DNA of 55,933 bases from Anaerolineae bacterium (GTDB lineage Bacteria; Chloroflexota; Anaerolineae; B4-G1; DUEL01), in the NCBI GenBank assembly GCA_050049355.1, contig JASFWK010000003.1, positions 1 through 55,933 on the forward strand, in the 5' to 3' direction. The notes under the pieces are model-generated. The model ran no database searches. It had not been told where the DNA came from and saw nothing but the letters and a program-made list of their open reading frames with translations. Shown one piece after another: positions 8,956-19,389 of the stretch (position 1 is the stretch's first letter; the number at the start of each line of letters is the position of its first letter). Position numbers and translations under genes: made by a program.

Positions 8956-9501
8956 ATGCCCACAATGAATCTGTGGAAAGAACTGCCCCCGGGGTCCGAT
9001 GCGCCCAACGTGATCTTTGTGGTAGTAGAGATCCCCAAGCGGTCCCGGAACAAGTACGAGTACGACGAGACAGGAGGCTTCATCAAACTGGACCGCGTAC
9101 TCTACTCCTCACTGCACTATCCCGGCGACTACGGCTTCATCCCCCGCACGCTGCACGAGGATGGCGACCCGCTGGACGTGCTGGTGATGACCAACGAGCC
9201 CACCTTCGCCGGGTGCGTCATCGAAGCCCGTCCACTGGGGATCTTTCACCTGGAGGACAAGGGGCTGTTGGACGACAAGATCTTGGCCGTGCCCCACACC
9301 GATCCCCTCTTCGATAGCTACCGTTCTCTTGACGACGTGCCGCCGCACTTCCTGGAGGAAGTCACACACTTCTTCAACGTCTACAAAGACCTGGAGCGGG
9401 CGGAGGTAACGGCAAAAGGATGGGAGGGGCTCGACCGAGCCCACGAGGAGATCGAGCGGGCCATTCGGATGTACATCGAGACGCTGCGGACAGAGCGATA
9501 G
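8956..9501 (+). CDS. ppa: inorganic pyrophosphatase (family I)
   Basis: Motifs EIPKRSRNKYEYD and DGDPLDVLV are canonical family I PPase signatures. Confidence 0.95.
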   Translation: MPTMNLWKELPPGSDAPNVIFVVVEIPKRSRNKYEYDETGGFIKLDRVLYSSLHYPGDYGFIPRTLHEDGDPLDVLVMTNEPTFAGCVIEARPLGIFHLEDKGLLDDKILAVPHTDPLFDSYRSLDDVPPHFLEEVTHFFNVYKDLERAEVTAKGWEGLDRAHEEIERAIRMYIETLRTER

Positions 9502-9677
9502 GATCCAGAAGCGAACGTGAGCGCCGTGTAGCCCTCACACCCAACACGCAAATGCCGAGTCCAGCGACCGATCCCTGACGCTGCGGCCCCGCTCGCCCTG
9601 GAGAGTTTCGTTAGGCTCGGGAGGGCTCTGCCGGAGATGGAAGAAAACTGTGAGGACCCAAAACCGAGCCGGCAGTG

Positions 9678-11342
9678 CTAGATGGTCATCTGCGGCCGGT
9701 GTTCCCCCCAAACCTGCCGCAGAACCCCACAGATCTCCCCCAGCGTGCAGTCGGCCTCGACCGCGTCGATGAAGAGAGGCATCAGCGGCTCGTCTTTGGT
9801 GCGCGCGGCCGCCTCGATCCGAGAAAGGAGAGTCGAGGTCTGCCCCTCATCTCGCTGCGCACGCAATGCAGCAAGCTGCGCTCGCTGCTTCTCCTCAACG
9901 GCGGGATTCACCACCAGCCGCTCCATGTCCGCGACCTCCTCCTCCATTTGATAGGCATTGACACCCACCACAAGGCACTCCTCTTGCTCCACTGCCCTCT
10001 GATAGCGGTAGGCAGCGTCGGCAATCTCCTGTTGGATGTACCCTTGCTCAATGGCTGCCAGCGCTCCGCCCATAGCGTCGATCTTCTCGATGTACTCCCG
10101 CGCCCGCTGCTCAATCTCGGCGGTCAGATGCTCAATCAAATAGGAGCCAGCCAGGGGATCCACCGTGCTGGTGACGCCCGATTCGTGGGCGATGATCTGC
10201 TGAGTGCGCAGCGCCACCCGCACTGAGTCCTTGGTAGGCAGCCACAGCGCCTCATCTTGAGAGTTAGTGTGAAGGGACTGGGTCCCGCCCAGCACAGCAG
10301 CCAGTGCCTGAAGCGTCACTCGCACCACGTTGATCTCAGGCTGCTGTGCGGTGAGGGTGCAGCCAGCGGTCTGCGTGTGGAAACGCAGTCGCCAGGAGCG
10401 GGGATTCTGAGCCCCGAACCGCCCGCGCATGAGACGCGCCCACAGGTGACGGGCGGCCCGGAACTTGGCAACTTCCTCCAAGAGATCGTTGTGGGCGTTG
10501 AAGAAGAAGGAGAGGCGCGGAGCGAAGGCGTCCACATCTAGCCCCGCCTCAATGGCCGCTTGCACGTAGGCGATGCCATTGGCGAGGGTGAAGGCAACCT
10601 CCTGGACAGCGGTCGAGCCAGCCTCGCGGATATGGTAACCGCTGATACTGATAGTGTTCCACTTGGGGACCTCCGCGGCGCAGTAGCGGAAGAGATCGGT
10701 CACCAAGCGCATGGAAGGGCGGGGTGGGAAGATGTAAGTGCCGCGGGCGACATACTCCTTGAGGATGTCGTTCTGCACTGTACCGCGCAGGCTGCTGGGA
10801 TCCACACCCTGTTCCTTCGCCACGGCGATGTACATCGCAAGGAGGATGGCCGCCGGAGCGTTGATGGTCATAGAGGTACTGACCTTGTCCAGAGGAATGC
10901 CCTCAAAGAGGGTGCGCATATCTTCCAGGCAGCTGATAGAAACGCCGACCTTCCCCACCTCTCCCTCAGCCAAGGGATCATCTGCGTCATAGCCGATTTG
11001 GGTTGGAAGATCGAAGGCGACGGAGAGGCCCGTTTGTCCCTGCTCCAGCAGGTACTTGTAGCGGGCATTCGACTCCTCCGCGGTGGCGTAGCCGGCGTAC
11101 TGGCGCATGGTCCAGAGGCGTCCCCGATACATCGTCGGATAAACCCCTCGGGTGAAGGGATACTGACCAGGGAAGCCAAGATCTTCAACGTAGTCCACTT
11201 CCACGTCGGCGGGAGTATAGATCCGATCGAGAGGGATGCCGCTTGGAGTCTCGAATTGCTCCCGCCGCTCAGGAAAGCGATTCAGCGGAGGCCTGGCCGT
11301 ATCCTCTTCCCATTCCCGCCTGGCTCGTCTCAGGTCCTTCAC
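9678..11342 (-). CDS. methylmalonyl-CoA (acyl-CoA) mutase, catalytic large subunit without a B12-binding domain
   Basis: High-identity-looking MCM TIM-barrel sequence ([22 protein letters not shown]..., TAQQPENNVVR-like). It ends before the cobalamin-binding domain. Confidence 0.92.
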   Translation of the reverse strand: MKDLRRARREWEEDTARPPLNRFPERREQFETPSGIPLDRIYTPADVEVDYVEDLGFPGQYPFTRGVYPTMYRGRLWTMRQYAGYATAEESNARYKYLLEQGQTGLSVAFDLPTQIGYDADDPLAEGEVGKVGVSISCLEDMRTLFEGIPLDKVSTSMTINAPAAILLAMYIAVAKEQGVDPSSLRGTVQNDILKEYVARGTYIFPPRPSMRLVTDLFRYCAAEVPKWNTISISGYHIREAGSTAVQEVAFTLANGIAYVQAAIEAGLDVDAFAPRLSFFFNAHNDLLEEVAKFRAARHLWARLMRGRFGAQNPRSWRLRFHTQTAGCTLTAQQPEINVVRVTLQALAAVLGGTQSLHTNSQDEALWLPTKDSVRVALRTQQIIAHESGVTSTVDPLAGSYLIEHLTAEIEQRAREYIEKIDAMGGALAAIEQGYIQQEIADAAYRYQRAVEQEECLVVGVNAYQMEEEVADMERLVVNPAVEEKQRAQLAALRAQRDEGQTSTLLSRIEAAARTKDEPLMPLFIDAVEADCTLGEICGVLRQVWGEHRPQMTI

Positions 11343-11400
11343 CGTTTCCTCCTCAGGATTATCAGATACCTCCTGTTGTTACACCTCTGAAGCCGTCAGC

Positions 11401-14400
11401 TCACTCCGGCAAGTCAAACACCATCACCCGGTTGTTGGACGCGTCGGTCACGTAGAGGGAACCCTCTGGACCCAACGCCACCCCCATCGGCAGGCCGAAG
11501 GAGGTATCACCAAAACCATACTGCCCAAATCCGTAGAGGTAGTTGCCCTCAGCATCGAAGACCAGCACCCGGTAGTGACCAGGATCGGTCACGTAGACAC
11601 GCCCCTCGGCGTCTACCGCCACGTAGGGTTTCTCCTCCACCGCCGGGTTATTCCAGCCGGCGATGGGCCAGCTTCGCACCGGATCTCCATCTGGCTCCAG
11701 CACCTGGAGGCGATAGTTCCACGAGTCGGCGACGTAGATTCGACCCTCAGGACCAAAGGCCAATCCTACGGGCTCGTCCAGCTGACCCGGCTCCGACCCG
11801 GCCTGGCCCCACTCTCGCAGAAACTCTCCGTCCGACCCGAACACCTGCACGCGCTTGTGGCCTGTATCCGCCACATAGATCGCGCCCTCAGGACCCACGA
11901 CGATAGCCCGCGGTCCATAGAAGTGACTATGCCCAGAGAAGTCGTAGATGCCACGTTCACCAAAAGAGGTCCACTCGGTAACGAAGGTACCATCAGATGT
12001 GAACTTCTGGACGCGGTCCGCCCAGGTGTCGGCTACGTAGACAAATCCCTCGGGATCGACGGCTACGTCCCAAGGCTCGCAGAAAGTGCCGGGGGCAGGC
12101 TCTGCGTTAGGACAACCTCCGAAGGTCCCCCAGGCGGTCACGAACGCCCCGTCGGTGGTGAACTTCTGAATGCGATGGTTGCGGGAATCGGCCACGTAGA
12201 CGTAGCCATCAGGGGAGACTGCGATGCCTCGGGGGGCCAGGAACTGCCCAGAAGCACTCCCCTCCATCCCCCAAACCAGGCGGGCGCTCATCGACCGCCA
12301 ACCTTCGGCATAGGGAGCGACCTCCGGCTCAGTGGGCTCTGGCACCGGCCCAATGCCGAAGTCCCACAGGCGGTTGGCCACATCCTTGCGGATGTAGAGC
12401 CGGAAGGGAGAATGGAGCGGCCAATCGTCCGGCGTACGGTGCCCATCGGTGATCTCATCATAGAGGCCGTAGTCCATGTTGTAGAAGATCTTCCACAACG
12501 CGGTCAACTTGCGCGGGTTGGTGAGCCAGTCCCTCAGGCGCTTCCAGGTCAATTGACGGTAGTCTTCCACTGGCCACCAGAGGTAGAAGTAGTCGAAGGT
12601 GTAGTAGTCATCCCCCAGATGAGGTTCAACCGCCGCCCACTGTTCTCGTCCGGCAATGACCGCCGTGGCCAGAACTTGCTCTCGGTCGGGCTGTTGGGGA
12701 TAGTAGCGGGCGTTGGGATAGTTCCGCAGGTACCACGTGAAAGGCCAAGAGCCATCGGGACCGTAGGTCACATCTATGAGGCGCGGCCCGCCTCCCACCC
12801 GCAGCGACAGCTCCTCCAGTTGCTCCATCGTCGTCCGCACGTCTGGACCTTCGTGCGCATAGACCAGGAACTCGGCGGGACGGTCGAAGTTGATATACGA
12901 GAGGCGGTAGGCAACACGCGCCGTCAACAGCCCCAGCGTCAGAAAGCCAGTCAGAGCTATCAATAGAAACCCATTGCGTACGCCCACTCGCGCCCAGAGC
13001 AACCCCACCAGCGTTCCCACCAACCCCAGACCGACCAGTCCGCCCAGGAAGGTGCCGGTCACAAGCAGCGCATCCAGCTCCACGCCCTGGAAAGGCCCCT
13101 GGACGCCTGTCGCCACCGTCGCCGCCAGCGCGGCCACCAGCGCGGGCAGGAGCAGTACCAGGGCCCACCCCTTTCGCTCCCACATCCTCCGCCAGTCTAC
13201 CTGCTCCAGCAGCTGACCCAACAACCACCCCGTAAGCAATATCATTGGCAGGGCGATATGGACCACAAGCCAGGGCATCTTCTCGCCGGCATAGGAGTAG
13301 CCGAACCAGGCCAACAGCGCCCAAAAGACGACAAAGGGAATGAACAGGAAACGAGCTTCCCCCCCGGGAACCGCCTCCGCCCGGTCTTGAAGACGATCGG
13401 CTAGCTTTTCCCTCGATGAGTCCACAGCACGACGCACTACCAGGTAGAATGACGTGAGCAGCGCTCCCACCAGGGGAAGGAAATCGTAGAGAGGGAGTAT
13501 GACAAAATAGTAGAACCACGGCTGTCCGCCGCGCTCCACCTCTTGTTGCTCCAACCAATACCCCACGGAACCCACCCACCCACTGGCAATGCCCGAGCCG
13601 TTGGTGAAGACGGTAGTGAACAAGACGAGGAAGATGACAGAATGGATCGCCGCCGCAGTGAGCCACCGCCGTCGGTCCCAGGCTAGGCCTATCGCTATCA
13701 CCGCCAGCAGCACCAGCGCCAGAACCGCGCCGGAGTAATAGATGGAAGGTGCAGCATAATCGGTTGGCTGGACATTCGCGAGGTTCGACCAGAAGGGGGA
13801 TATGAGCTCTGGATTTGGAGAGCGTGCCACGACCAGAGAGCCCAGGCGTGCGACCAGATGGATTGGAATGGGAGACGCAAAGGGGAGGCTCAAGGTGCCG
13901 ATGAGCACTATCAGGTCGAAGGTGCGGAAGGAGCGCAGCTTGCCCCACAGGCCGTAGAGGACAGCGCCAGCGGCGACGACGAAAGCGACGAGGGCGAACA
14001 GGCCTCCACTCAGTCCCCAGAAGGGCAGAGAGGCCTCTCCCCCAGGCTCTGCTGCCCCAGGCGGCGCAGGCTGTTCCGCCGGGGCGCGCGTGCTCAGCCA
14101 GCCCATCGACAACACCACCAGCCCCACAATTATGCCCACCAACGCCGCCAGGAAGACCGTCTCCAACCTCGGGCGCTCCCAGGGCTGTGCCAGCGCCCGC
14201 ACCAGGAAGAGGCCAACCAGAAAGACGGCGATGATCACCGTGTAGATGGGAGCGACCTCCTTGGTGGCATACATCAGCGAAAGCCCGGCCGCCAGGATAT
14301 AGAGATGCTTATCCCGCCCCTTTTCCAGGTAGCGGAAGATCGCCCAGATGACGATCATCGCCCACAGGATCGCAGGGATGTCATGGCGGATGTAGCGGGA

Positions 14401-14817
14401 GTAGTAGGTGATAGAGGGAGAGATGAGAAGCAGCAGCGACGTTATCAGCGCTCCTTTCCTTCCCAAGTACCTGCGGAGAAGATATGGAAACGCCACTAGT
14501 AGAGTACCTATCAGGGCGACCGGGAGACGAGCGGTGAAGTCATTGTCGCCAAAGAGGAAATAGGAGAAGGCCGTGGCGTGGAAGAGAAAGGGGCCGTGCA
14601 TCATCGGATTGTGCTGAAAGCCATATCCTGCATACAGATCCCAGGAGAACTTGCAGTGCAGGCTCTCATCGTGGCTCTGCACCCGGTACCCCAACATCAC
14701 CAACCGAGAGACAAGACAGATCAGGAGAATCAGAATGTACAGCCCCTGCTCCCAGTTCAGTGATGCACCGCTAGCAATCTTTCGATCCAGCCAAGATCCC
14801 GCTTGTCTATCATTCAT
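11401..14817 (-). CDS. TIGR03663-type (Agl23-like, GT-C/PMT-like) polytopic membrane protein fused to a C-terminal NHL-repeat beta-propeller
   Basis: The N-terminal roughly 800 aa carry many TM helices, with an HDESLHCKF first-loop motif resembling the GT39 FDEVHFGK 'DE' motif. The C-terminal roughly 300 aa hold six repeats of the NHL pattern (e.g. PRGIAVSPDGYVYVADSRNHRIQKF). Confidence 0.8.
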   Translation of the reverse strand: MNDRQAGSWLDRKIASGASLNWEQGLYILILLICLVSRLVMLGYRVQSHDESLHCKFSWDLYAGYGFQHNPMMHGPFLFHATAFSYFLFGDNDFTARLPVALIGTLLVAFPYLLRRYLGRKGALITSLLLLISPSITYYSRYIRHDIPAILWAMIVIWAIFRYLEKGRDKHLYILAAGLSLMYATKEVAPIYTVIIAVFLVGLFLVRALAQPWERPRLETVFLAALVGIIVGLVVLSMGWLSTRAPAEQPAPPGAAEPGGEASLPFWGLSGGLFALVAFVVAAGAVLYGLWGKLRSFRTFDLIVLIGTLSLPFASPIPIHLVARLGSLVVARSPNPELISPFWSNLANVQPTDYAAPSIYYSGAVLALVLLAVIAIGLAWDRRRWLTAAAIHSVIFLVLFTTVFTNGSGIASGWVGSVGYWLEQQEVERGGQPWFYYFVILPLYDFLPLVGALLTSFYLVVRRAVDSSREKLADRLQDRAEAVPGGEARFLFIPFVVFWALLAWFGYSYAGEKMPWLVVHIALPMILLTGWLLGQLLEQVDWRRMWERKGWALVLLLPALVAALAATVATGVQGPFQGVELDALLVTGTFLGGLVGLGLVGTLVGLLWARVGVRNGFLLIALTGFLTLGLLTARVAYRLSYINFDRPAEFLVYAHEGPDVRTTMEQLEELSLRVGGGPRLIDVTYGPDGSWPFTWYLRNYPNARYYPQQPDREQVLATAVIAGREQWAAVEPHLGDDYYTFDYFYLWWPVEDYRQLTWKRLRDWLTNPRKLTALWKIFYNMDYGLYDEITDGHRTPDDWPLHSPFRLYIRKDVANRLWDFGIGPVPEPTEPEVAPYAEGWRSMSARLVWGMEGSASGQFLAPRGIAVSPDGYVYVADSRNHRIQKFTTDGAFVTAWGTFGGCPNAEPAPGTFCEPWDVAVDPEGFVYVADTWADRVQKFTSDGTFVTEWTSFGERGIYDFSGHSHFYGPRAIVVGPEGAIYVADTGHKRVQVFGSDGEFLREWGQAGSEPGQLDEPVGLAFGPEGRIYVADSWNYRLQVLEPDGDPVRSWPIAGWNNPAVEEKPYVAVDAEGRVYVTDPGHYRVLVFDAEGNYLYGFGQYGFGDTSFGLPMGVALGPEGSLYVTDASNNRVMVFDLPE

Positions 14818-14823
14818 TATCCA

Positions 14824-16659
14824 TCACTCATCATTGCTCACTATGGGGGCCGCCGTCGCCAAGTCCTCTCGCACCCAGAGGACAATCTCCTCCACAGAGG
14901 GTGGCACGGATGTCTCCCGATACAGCCACCAGCGTACCGCTCTGTAGCCTTCCCAACCGGACTGCCAGGTTCGGCGCAAAGGGAAGGTTTCTCCAAAGTA
15001 GCCCGAGGGCGGATCCACCTGAGCCGAGGCAACCACCAAGAGGGGCCGATCCTCCAGTTCACCCAGCGCCGGGAAGCCAGATTCAATCGCCAATGCCTGC
15101 TGATTGAACCGGCGCAGCTCCCAAGCCAGAACTGGCTCAACGTCGCCGAGAAACGTAATTGGCAGCCGCGCGCCTCCGCCCAGATTGACCCTGCTTGTCC
15201 GCTCTGCCACCTCTACCAGCGTGCGCACCTCCGTGGAGATCGCCTCCGGTACCAACAGCTCCCGTGGGTCGGTCGAACGCAGGTGGGAAAGCCCCCAGCC
15301 GGTGGAGAGGGTGACGAGCAAGAGCACCAGCCCCAGCGACAGCGCGCCACCGCGCAGCGCAGCCGCCATCCCTCGTCGTGCCGCCTTGGCTGGCTCCTCG
15401 TCCGGCTCCGGCGTCGAGACAGCGAATCCGAAGGCAGCAGCCAGCAGAATCTGGAGTACCACCGTCAGGCCAGCCAGGGTCAGATCGGCGGGATCGCTGG
15501 TGCGAACGTACCGGGCGAGGGCCAGACCACCGTGGACCCAAAGGACGAGCGAGATGGGCAGATAGAGCCCCTCGTTCACCCAGCGCCCATGGGCCCTGAT
15601 TGACTGCACCAGCTCCTCCACCGCCAACCCTCCCAGCCCCGAAAGTGGCAGCAGGACCCACAGAAGATCGGCGGGCTCACGGCCGGGCATAAGCACCAGC
15701 TGTACGATTCCGACGGCGGCCCAAAAGGTCCACAGCAGCCCCATTGCGTGTCTTCGCCGCATCGCCAACACCAGCCCGGCCACTCCAGCCAGCAATATCA
15801 AAGGCTCGTAGGCCAGCAGGGGGATGAAAGGAGAAGGCAAAGATGATCCCGCCGCGATACCGAAGCGCGCCAGCCAGACCAAGAACTGTTCGGCAGCGGC
15901 TGAGAGCCCGGCCGGGTTAAGCCCCATACCTGTACCCAGGGCCAGCACGGCCACCCCCGCCACGGCGAGTCCGCGCTTCAGGGGCACGTGGACCATCGGC
16001 CACAACCACGCCGTCTGATCCCACCACACCCAGAGCCCCCCCGCCAGGGCCAACACCAGCCCCGCCAGCAGCCCCACGCCCCCCGGTCCGGCCGTCAGCG
16101 CTATCGCCAGCCCCAGTCCTCCCAGCGTCACCAGGCTCGATCGCCAGGTCTCCAGGAAGCGCGCGACGCAGCCCACCAAGAGCATCACTCCCAGCGCAGC
16201 AGGGGTTGCTCCATCCAGCCTGCGAGAGAAGAAGAGGGTGGTAGGAGAAAGGGTCAGCAGGAGCCCCGCCCCTAGCGCTCCCCATCGGCCCAGGTAGTCC
16301 TGCAGGAGGAGCGGAGTCAGCACCAATCCCACCCCCGCCAGAGCGGGTATCAGGCGCGCCAGCGCGTCCCCCCCATCGAAGAGAACGAAGAGGAGCACAT
16401 TGAAGTTGAAGAGGAGAGGCACAGGCTGGTGCACAGCCAATTGCCGGCCCGTGCCCACTCCCTGGGAGGCCAGGTGCGCGGCCAGGGCCTGCCCTGCCTC
16501 GGCCGAATCCAAGGGGACTGCCCCTAAATGGGCCAGTCGAAGGCCGATCGCTACAAGAGCAAGGATAACCCACAGAAGGGGTATAGCCAACCCCGTCCCC
16601 GCCAAGCTGGGGGGCTTGCTGTCCTCAATAGAATCACGCAGCCGGTGACTCGTCATCAT
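14824..16659 (-). CDS. polytopic membrane protein, apparent GT-C-like paralogue lacking the DE motif
   Basis: 611 aa with more than 10 hydrophobic helices and a C-terminal soluble domain. The first loop reads PLDSAEAGQ rather than DE. It lies 6 nt upstream of the next gene. Confidence 0.6.
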   Translation of the reverse strand: MMTSHRLRDSIEDSKPPSLAGTGLAIPLLWVILALVAIGLRLAHLGAVPLDSAEAGQALAAHLASQGVGTGRQLAVHQPVPLLFNFNVLLFVLFDGGDALARLIPALAGVGLVLTPLLLQDYLGRWGALGAGLLLTLSPTTLFFSRRLDGATPAALGVMLLVGCVARFLETWRSSLVTLGGLGLAIALTAGPGGVGLLAGLVLALAGGLWVWWDQTAWLWPMVHVPLKRGLAVAGVAVLALGTGMGLNPAGLSAAAEQFLVWLARFGIAAGSSLPSPFIPLLAYEPLILLAGVAGLVLAMRRRHAMGLLWTFWAAVGIVQLVLMPGREPADLLWVLLPLSGLGGLAVEELVQSIRAHGRWVNEGLYLPISLVLWVHGGLALARYVRTSDPADLTLAGLTVVLQILLAAAFGFAVSTPEPDEEPAKAARRGMAAALRGGALSLGLVLLLVTLSTGWGLSHLRSTDPRELLVPEAISTEVRTLVEVAERTSRVNLGGGARLPITFLGDVEPVLAWELRRFNQQALAIESGFPALGELEDRPLLVVASAQVDPPSGYFGETFPLRRTWQSGWEGYRAVRWWLYRETSVPPSVEEIVLWVREDLATAAPIVSNDE

Positions 16660-16809
16660 CCTCCACAGCCCACAGCGAATAGCTCATTGAACGACTCCCC
16701 TACGCCTCCCATCACCAGTCGGTTTCGGCGGTGAGCGGCAGGAGACCTCGCCATAGCTCGGATAGGCGGTGGCGTCTCCCCGCCGCTAGCCCACAGACAG
16801 GGCAACCCC

Positions 16810-19338
16810 TCAGGGCCGAGGTACCGCCCCTGGCCGTCGTTGTTCCGACTCCGGTTCACTCGCTGGTGCCTCCGCAGGGCTCGGAACGTATCGGTAGATG
16901 GTCACTCCGCTGGCACTGTAGACGGCCTCCAACGCTTGGTCAAACTTCGCCAGCCCCGGCGCAGGGTAGCGAGATCGCTCCAGGGGGCCAACGTAGACGT
17001 ATCTTATATCATACCGATCCAGCAGCGTCAAGGTCTCCGTCAGCTCCGTGGTCGTATACAACGTCCCAATCTCCGGCTCTCGCCGGGCCGGTTCCTCGTA
17101 GTTGCCGCGCCACTGATGCTGGTGGCCGCCCCATCCCAGCAGAGTCGGCAGGCCAGTGAAGGCGGAAACTCGACCCTCGTAGACATAGGCTTTGAAGTGG
17201 TCGCCGGGCGCCTCAAGGATGATCGGCACGCCACCTACATTCTCGTTAAGCCAGTCAATCGCCGCGAAGTCGGCCGGCCGCGATTGACGCAGATGCGCCA
17301 CCCCATCCAGCGTGGGTGGCCCGCCATACTCCTGTGCCCGGGTGACGACCGCAAGTGGTAAGTAGACCAGGCCCCCCATAATCAGCACCAATCCCGCTGC
17401 CATTGCCCACCATCGCCCTCGCCGCACCAGCCGCGTCAGCCCGTATGCTCCCGCGATCGCCCACATCACCCAGGCCTGGAAATAGAACTTGAAGACCGTG
17501 TTCATTCGCGTGCCGAAGACATCCCGCAGATAGACGAACTCCACTGCCAGCGTGAGAAGCCCGCCAGCAACCACCAAGAGCAACGCATACGCGCCTGCCG
17601 CCGTCAAAGCCTCACGGCTCAGGTTGCCGGCTTCAGCATCGGAGCCCGGAGTCCCAGAGCTTGCAGTTTGAGGCTTCAGGAGAGTGAGCACCGCTGCCGT
17701 CAAGAGCGCCGCCAGAACCAAAGGGGTCCAGGGGCTCAGAAGCCGTCCCCGCAGGCGTTGAGCGATCAACCGGGATGCCTCTGGGATGTGCTCCAGGCTG
17801 GGTATGGGACCGCCACTCCGCCAAGCCTCAAAGTACTGACGGCTGTCCGGCGAGAGCAGGCCAGCCAGCAGGAGAAAGGCAAGAAGCCCAACCAGACCTC
17901 CCACAGCCCAAGCCACCACCTCCCAGCCCTCTACCTTCCGCCGCAGAGCCTCGGCGACCACGAGCCAGCTCACAGGAAAGAAGAGTGGCCCGAACATCAC
18001 CAGGAAATGGGACAACCGGGTGCCGTTGAAGAGGTTGGGCGCTATACCTGCAGCCTGAGATCGGAAGCCCAACCAGAAGGGGAGGTAGAGGAGAAAGCCA
18101 CCGAACGCCAGAGTAAGCACGAGCGCAAACAGGGGGAGAAGAGCGACCTCCGAATTGCGACGGTAGGAGGTCAGGGCGAATGCGGCCACGACAACAAAGA
18201 GGTAGATAGGAAAGTCCCAGGTGTTGAGAAAACCCAGCCCACCCAGGCAGACGGCATAAGTAAGAAGCTCCCAACCTGATAGAGGCAACTCCAGGTTCCA
18301 GATCCTGAGGTTCCGCTCCTTCCATCCGCGGAAGAATAAGGCAAGCGCCAGCGCCAATGCAAGCAAGACGAAGGGGAGCGCCAGCAGGTGGGGATGCATA
18401 TCCCCCAGGAGGAAGGAGAAGGCGGGGAATTCGTCAATGACCTCCCACTCGACTGGATTGGCGCGGGTATGCCAGGGTGCATAGTCGTGCAGCACACGGG
18501 AGGCCTGCCACCACCAAATGAAGCGGGTCGGTACCCACGACCCCTCGGCGAGGGGCGGCGGAGGGGCGTTGATGGAGCGAATATCAAGCCAATTCCAGAA
18601 AGAGGATGAGAACAGCCCTCGGGCGTGGAAGACCTCCAGCAGCCCTTCCAGGTTGCCGGTGAGAGTCACCAGCACCGGTCCCAGGAACCCCGCCCAGTCT
18701 GCCCAGCGCTTCTCCTCGCCCGCCAGCAGCGCATACAGCAGTCCGTAGCTTCCGGTGCAGGTCAAGGCAAAGAGAGCGGCGATGCCCAAGTTGAAAGCAA
18801 TCGTAGATGGGACCGCTGACAGGTGGATCACCATCCCCATCATCAGATAGCCAAAGTAGTAGTACGAGATGGCGAAGCCGGAGAGCCAGGGGTCGTGCGG
18901 GGGAAAGCGCGGCGCGCGCAGGATGGCGTTAACGAAGGCAATCTCCATCCATTTCTCTCCACCTGCGGTCTCAATGCGGGGCATGTGAGCGCGCACCAGA
19001 CACCAGGCGATGAATGCGACGGCGAAAAGCCCTTCAACGATCAGGACATGCCGCCACGGAAGAGAGAAAGCGTCTTCGGAGGAACGGAGCCAAAGCGCCG
19101 TACCGAACGCTGCCAGAAGCCCCAGCGCCACCAGGACTGACCCCGCTGCGTTGGGGAGCCAGCCAAAGACGGAGAAGAGCCAAAACAGCCACCCTCCCGC
19201 CAAGAGCCCAAGCGGACGCGCGAAGGCGTATCCCCGCCCAGGCAGACGGCGGAACAGGCGCAGCGTCAGCGGCAGAGCCGCTAGGCCGAAGAGCTGAAGG
19301 GTAAAGTACCAACGGAGGCCAAGAAGAGCTTGGCTCAC
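16810..19338 (-). CDS. DUF2298 / TIGR03662 'Chlor_Arch_YYY' family membrane protein
   Basis: The signature AISYYYFGY is present (YYY codons at 18856-18864). The GGEKWMEIAFVNA loop and a large C-terminal extracytoplasmic domain are also present. GTG start. Confidence 0.85.
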   Translation of the reverse strand: MSQALLGLRWYFTLQLFGLAALPLTLRLFRRLPGRGYAFARPLGLLAGGWLFWLFSVFGWLPNAAGSVLVALGLLAAFGTALWLRSSEDAFSLPWRHVLIVEGLFAVAFIAWCLVRAHMPRIETAGGEKWMEIAFVNAILRAPRFPPHDPWLSGFAISYYYFGYLMMGMVIHLSAVPSTIAFNLGIAALFALTCTGSYGLLYALLAGEEKRWADWAGFLGPVLVTLTGNLEGLLEVFHARGLFSSSFWNWLDIRSINAPPPPLAEGSWVPTRFIWWWQASRVLHDYAPWHTRANPVEWEVIDEFPAFSFLLGDMHPHLLALPFVLLALALALALFFRGWKERNLRIWNLELPLSGWELLTYAVCLGGLGFLNTWDFPIYLFVVVAAFALTSYRRNSEVALLPLFALVLTLAFGGFLLYLPFWLGFRSQAAGIAPNLFNGTRLSHFLVMFGPLFFPVSWLVVAEALRRKVEGWEVVAWAVGGLVGLLAFLLLAGLLSPDSRQYFEAWRSGGPIPSLEHIPEASRLIAQRLRGRLLSPWTPLVLAALLTAAVLTLLKPQTASSGTPGSDAEAGNLSREALTAAGAYALLLVVAGGLLTLAVEFVYLRDVFGTRMNTVFKFYFQAWVMWAIAGAYGLTRLVRRGRWWAMAAGLVLIMGGLVYLPLAVVTRAQEYGGPPTLDGVAHLRQSRPADFAAIDWLNENVGGVPIILEAPGDHFKAYVYEGRVSAFTGLPTLLGWGGHQHQWRGNYEEPARREPEIGTLYTTTELTETLTLLDRYDIRYVYVGPLERSRYPAPGLAKFDQALEAVYSASGVTIYRYVPSPAEAPASEPESEQRRPGAVPRP

Positions 19339-19389
19339 AATGTCACCCCTTCATAGAACGTGCTGAGGCTCATCCTGGAAGCTCAAGGG

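Noticed and set aside
11236-13948. Long ORFs on the opposite strand or in alternate frames of the TIGR03663/NHL gene (576 aa on +, 440 aa on -). Similar long shadow ORFs occur at 21586..22569, 25543..26499, 27638..28306, 38232..39775, 41279..42190 and 44201..44959.
   Set aside because: These are typical high-GC shadow ORFs. They are Arg/Pro/Gly/His-rich low-complexity translations with no SD. Each overlaps a gene with clear family signatures in the other frame or strand.
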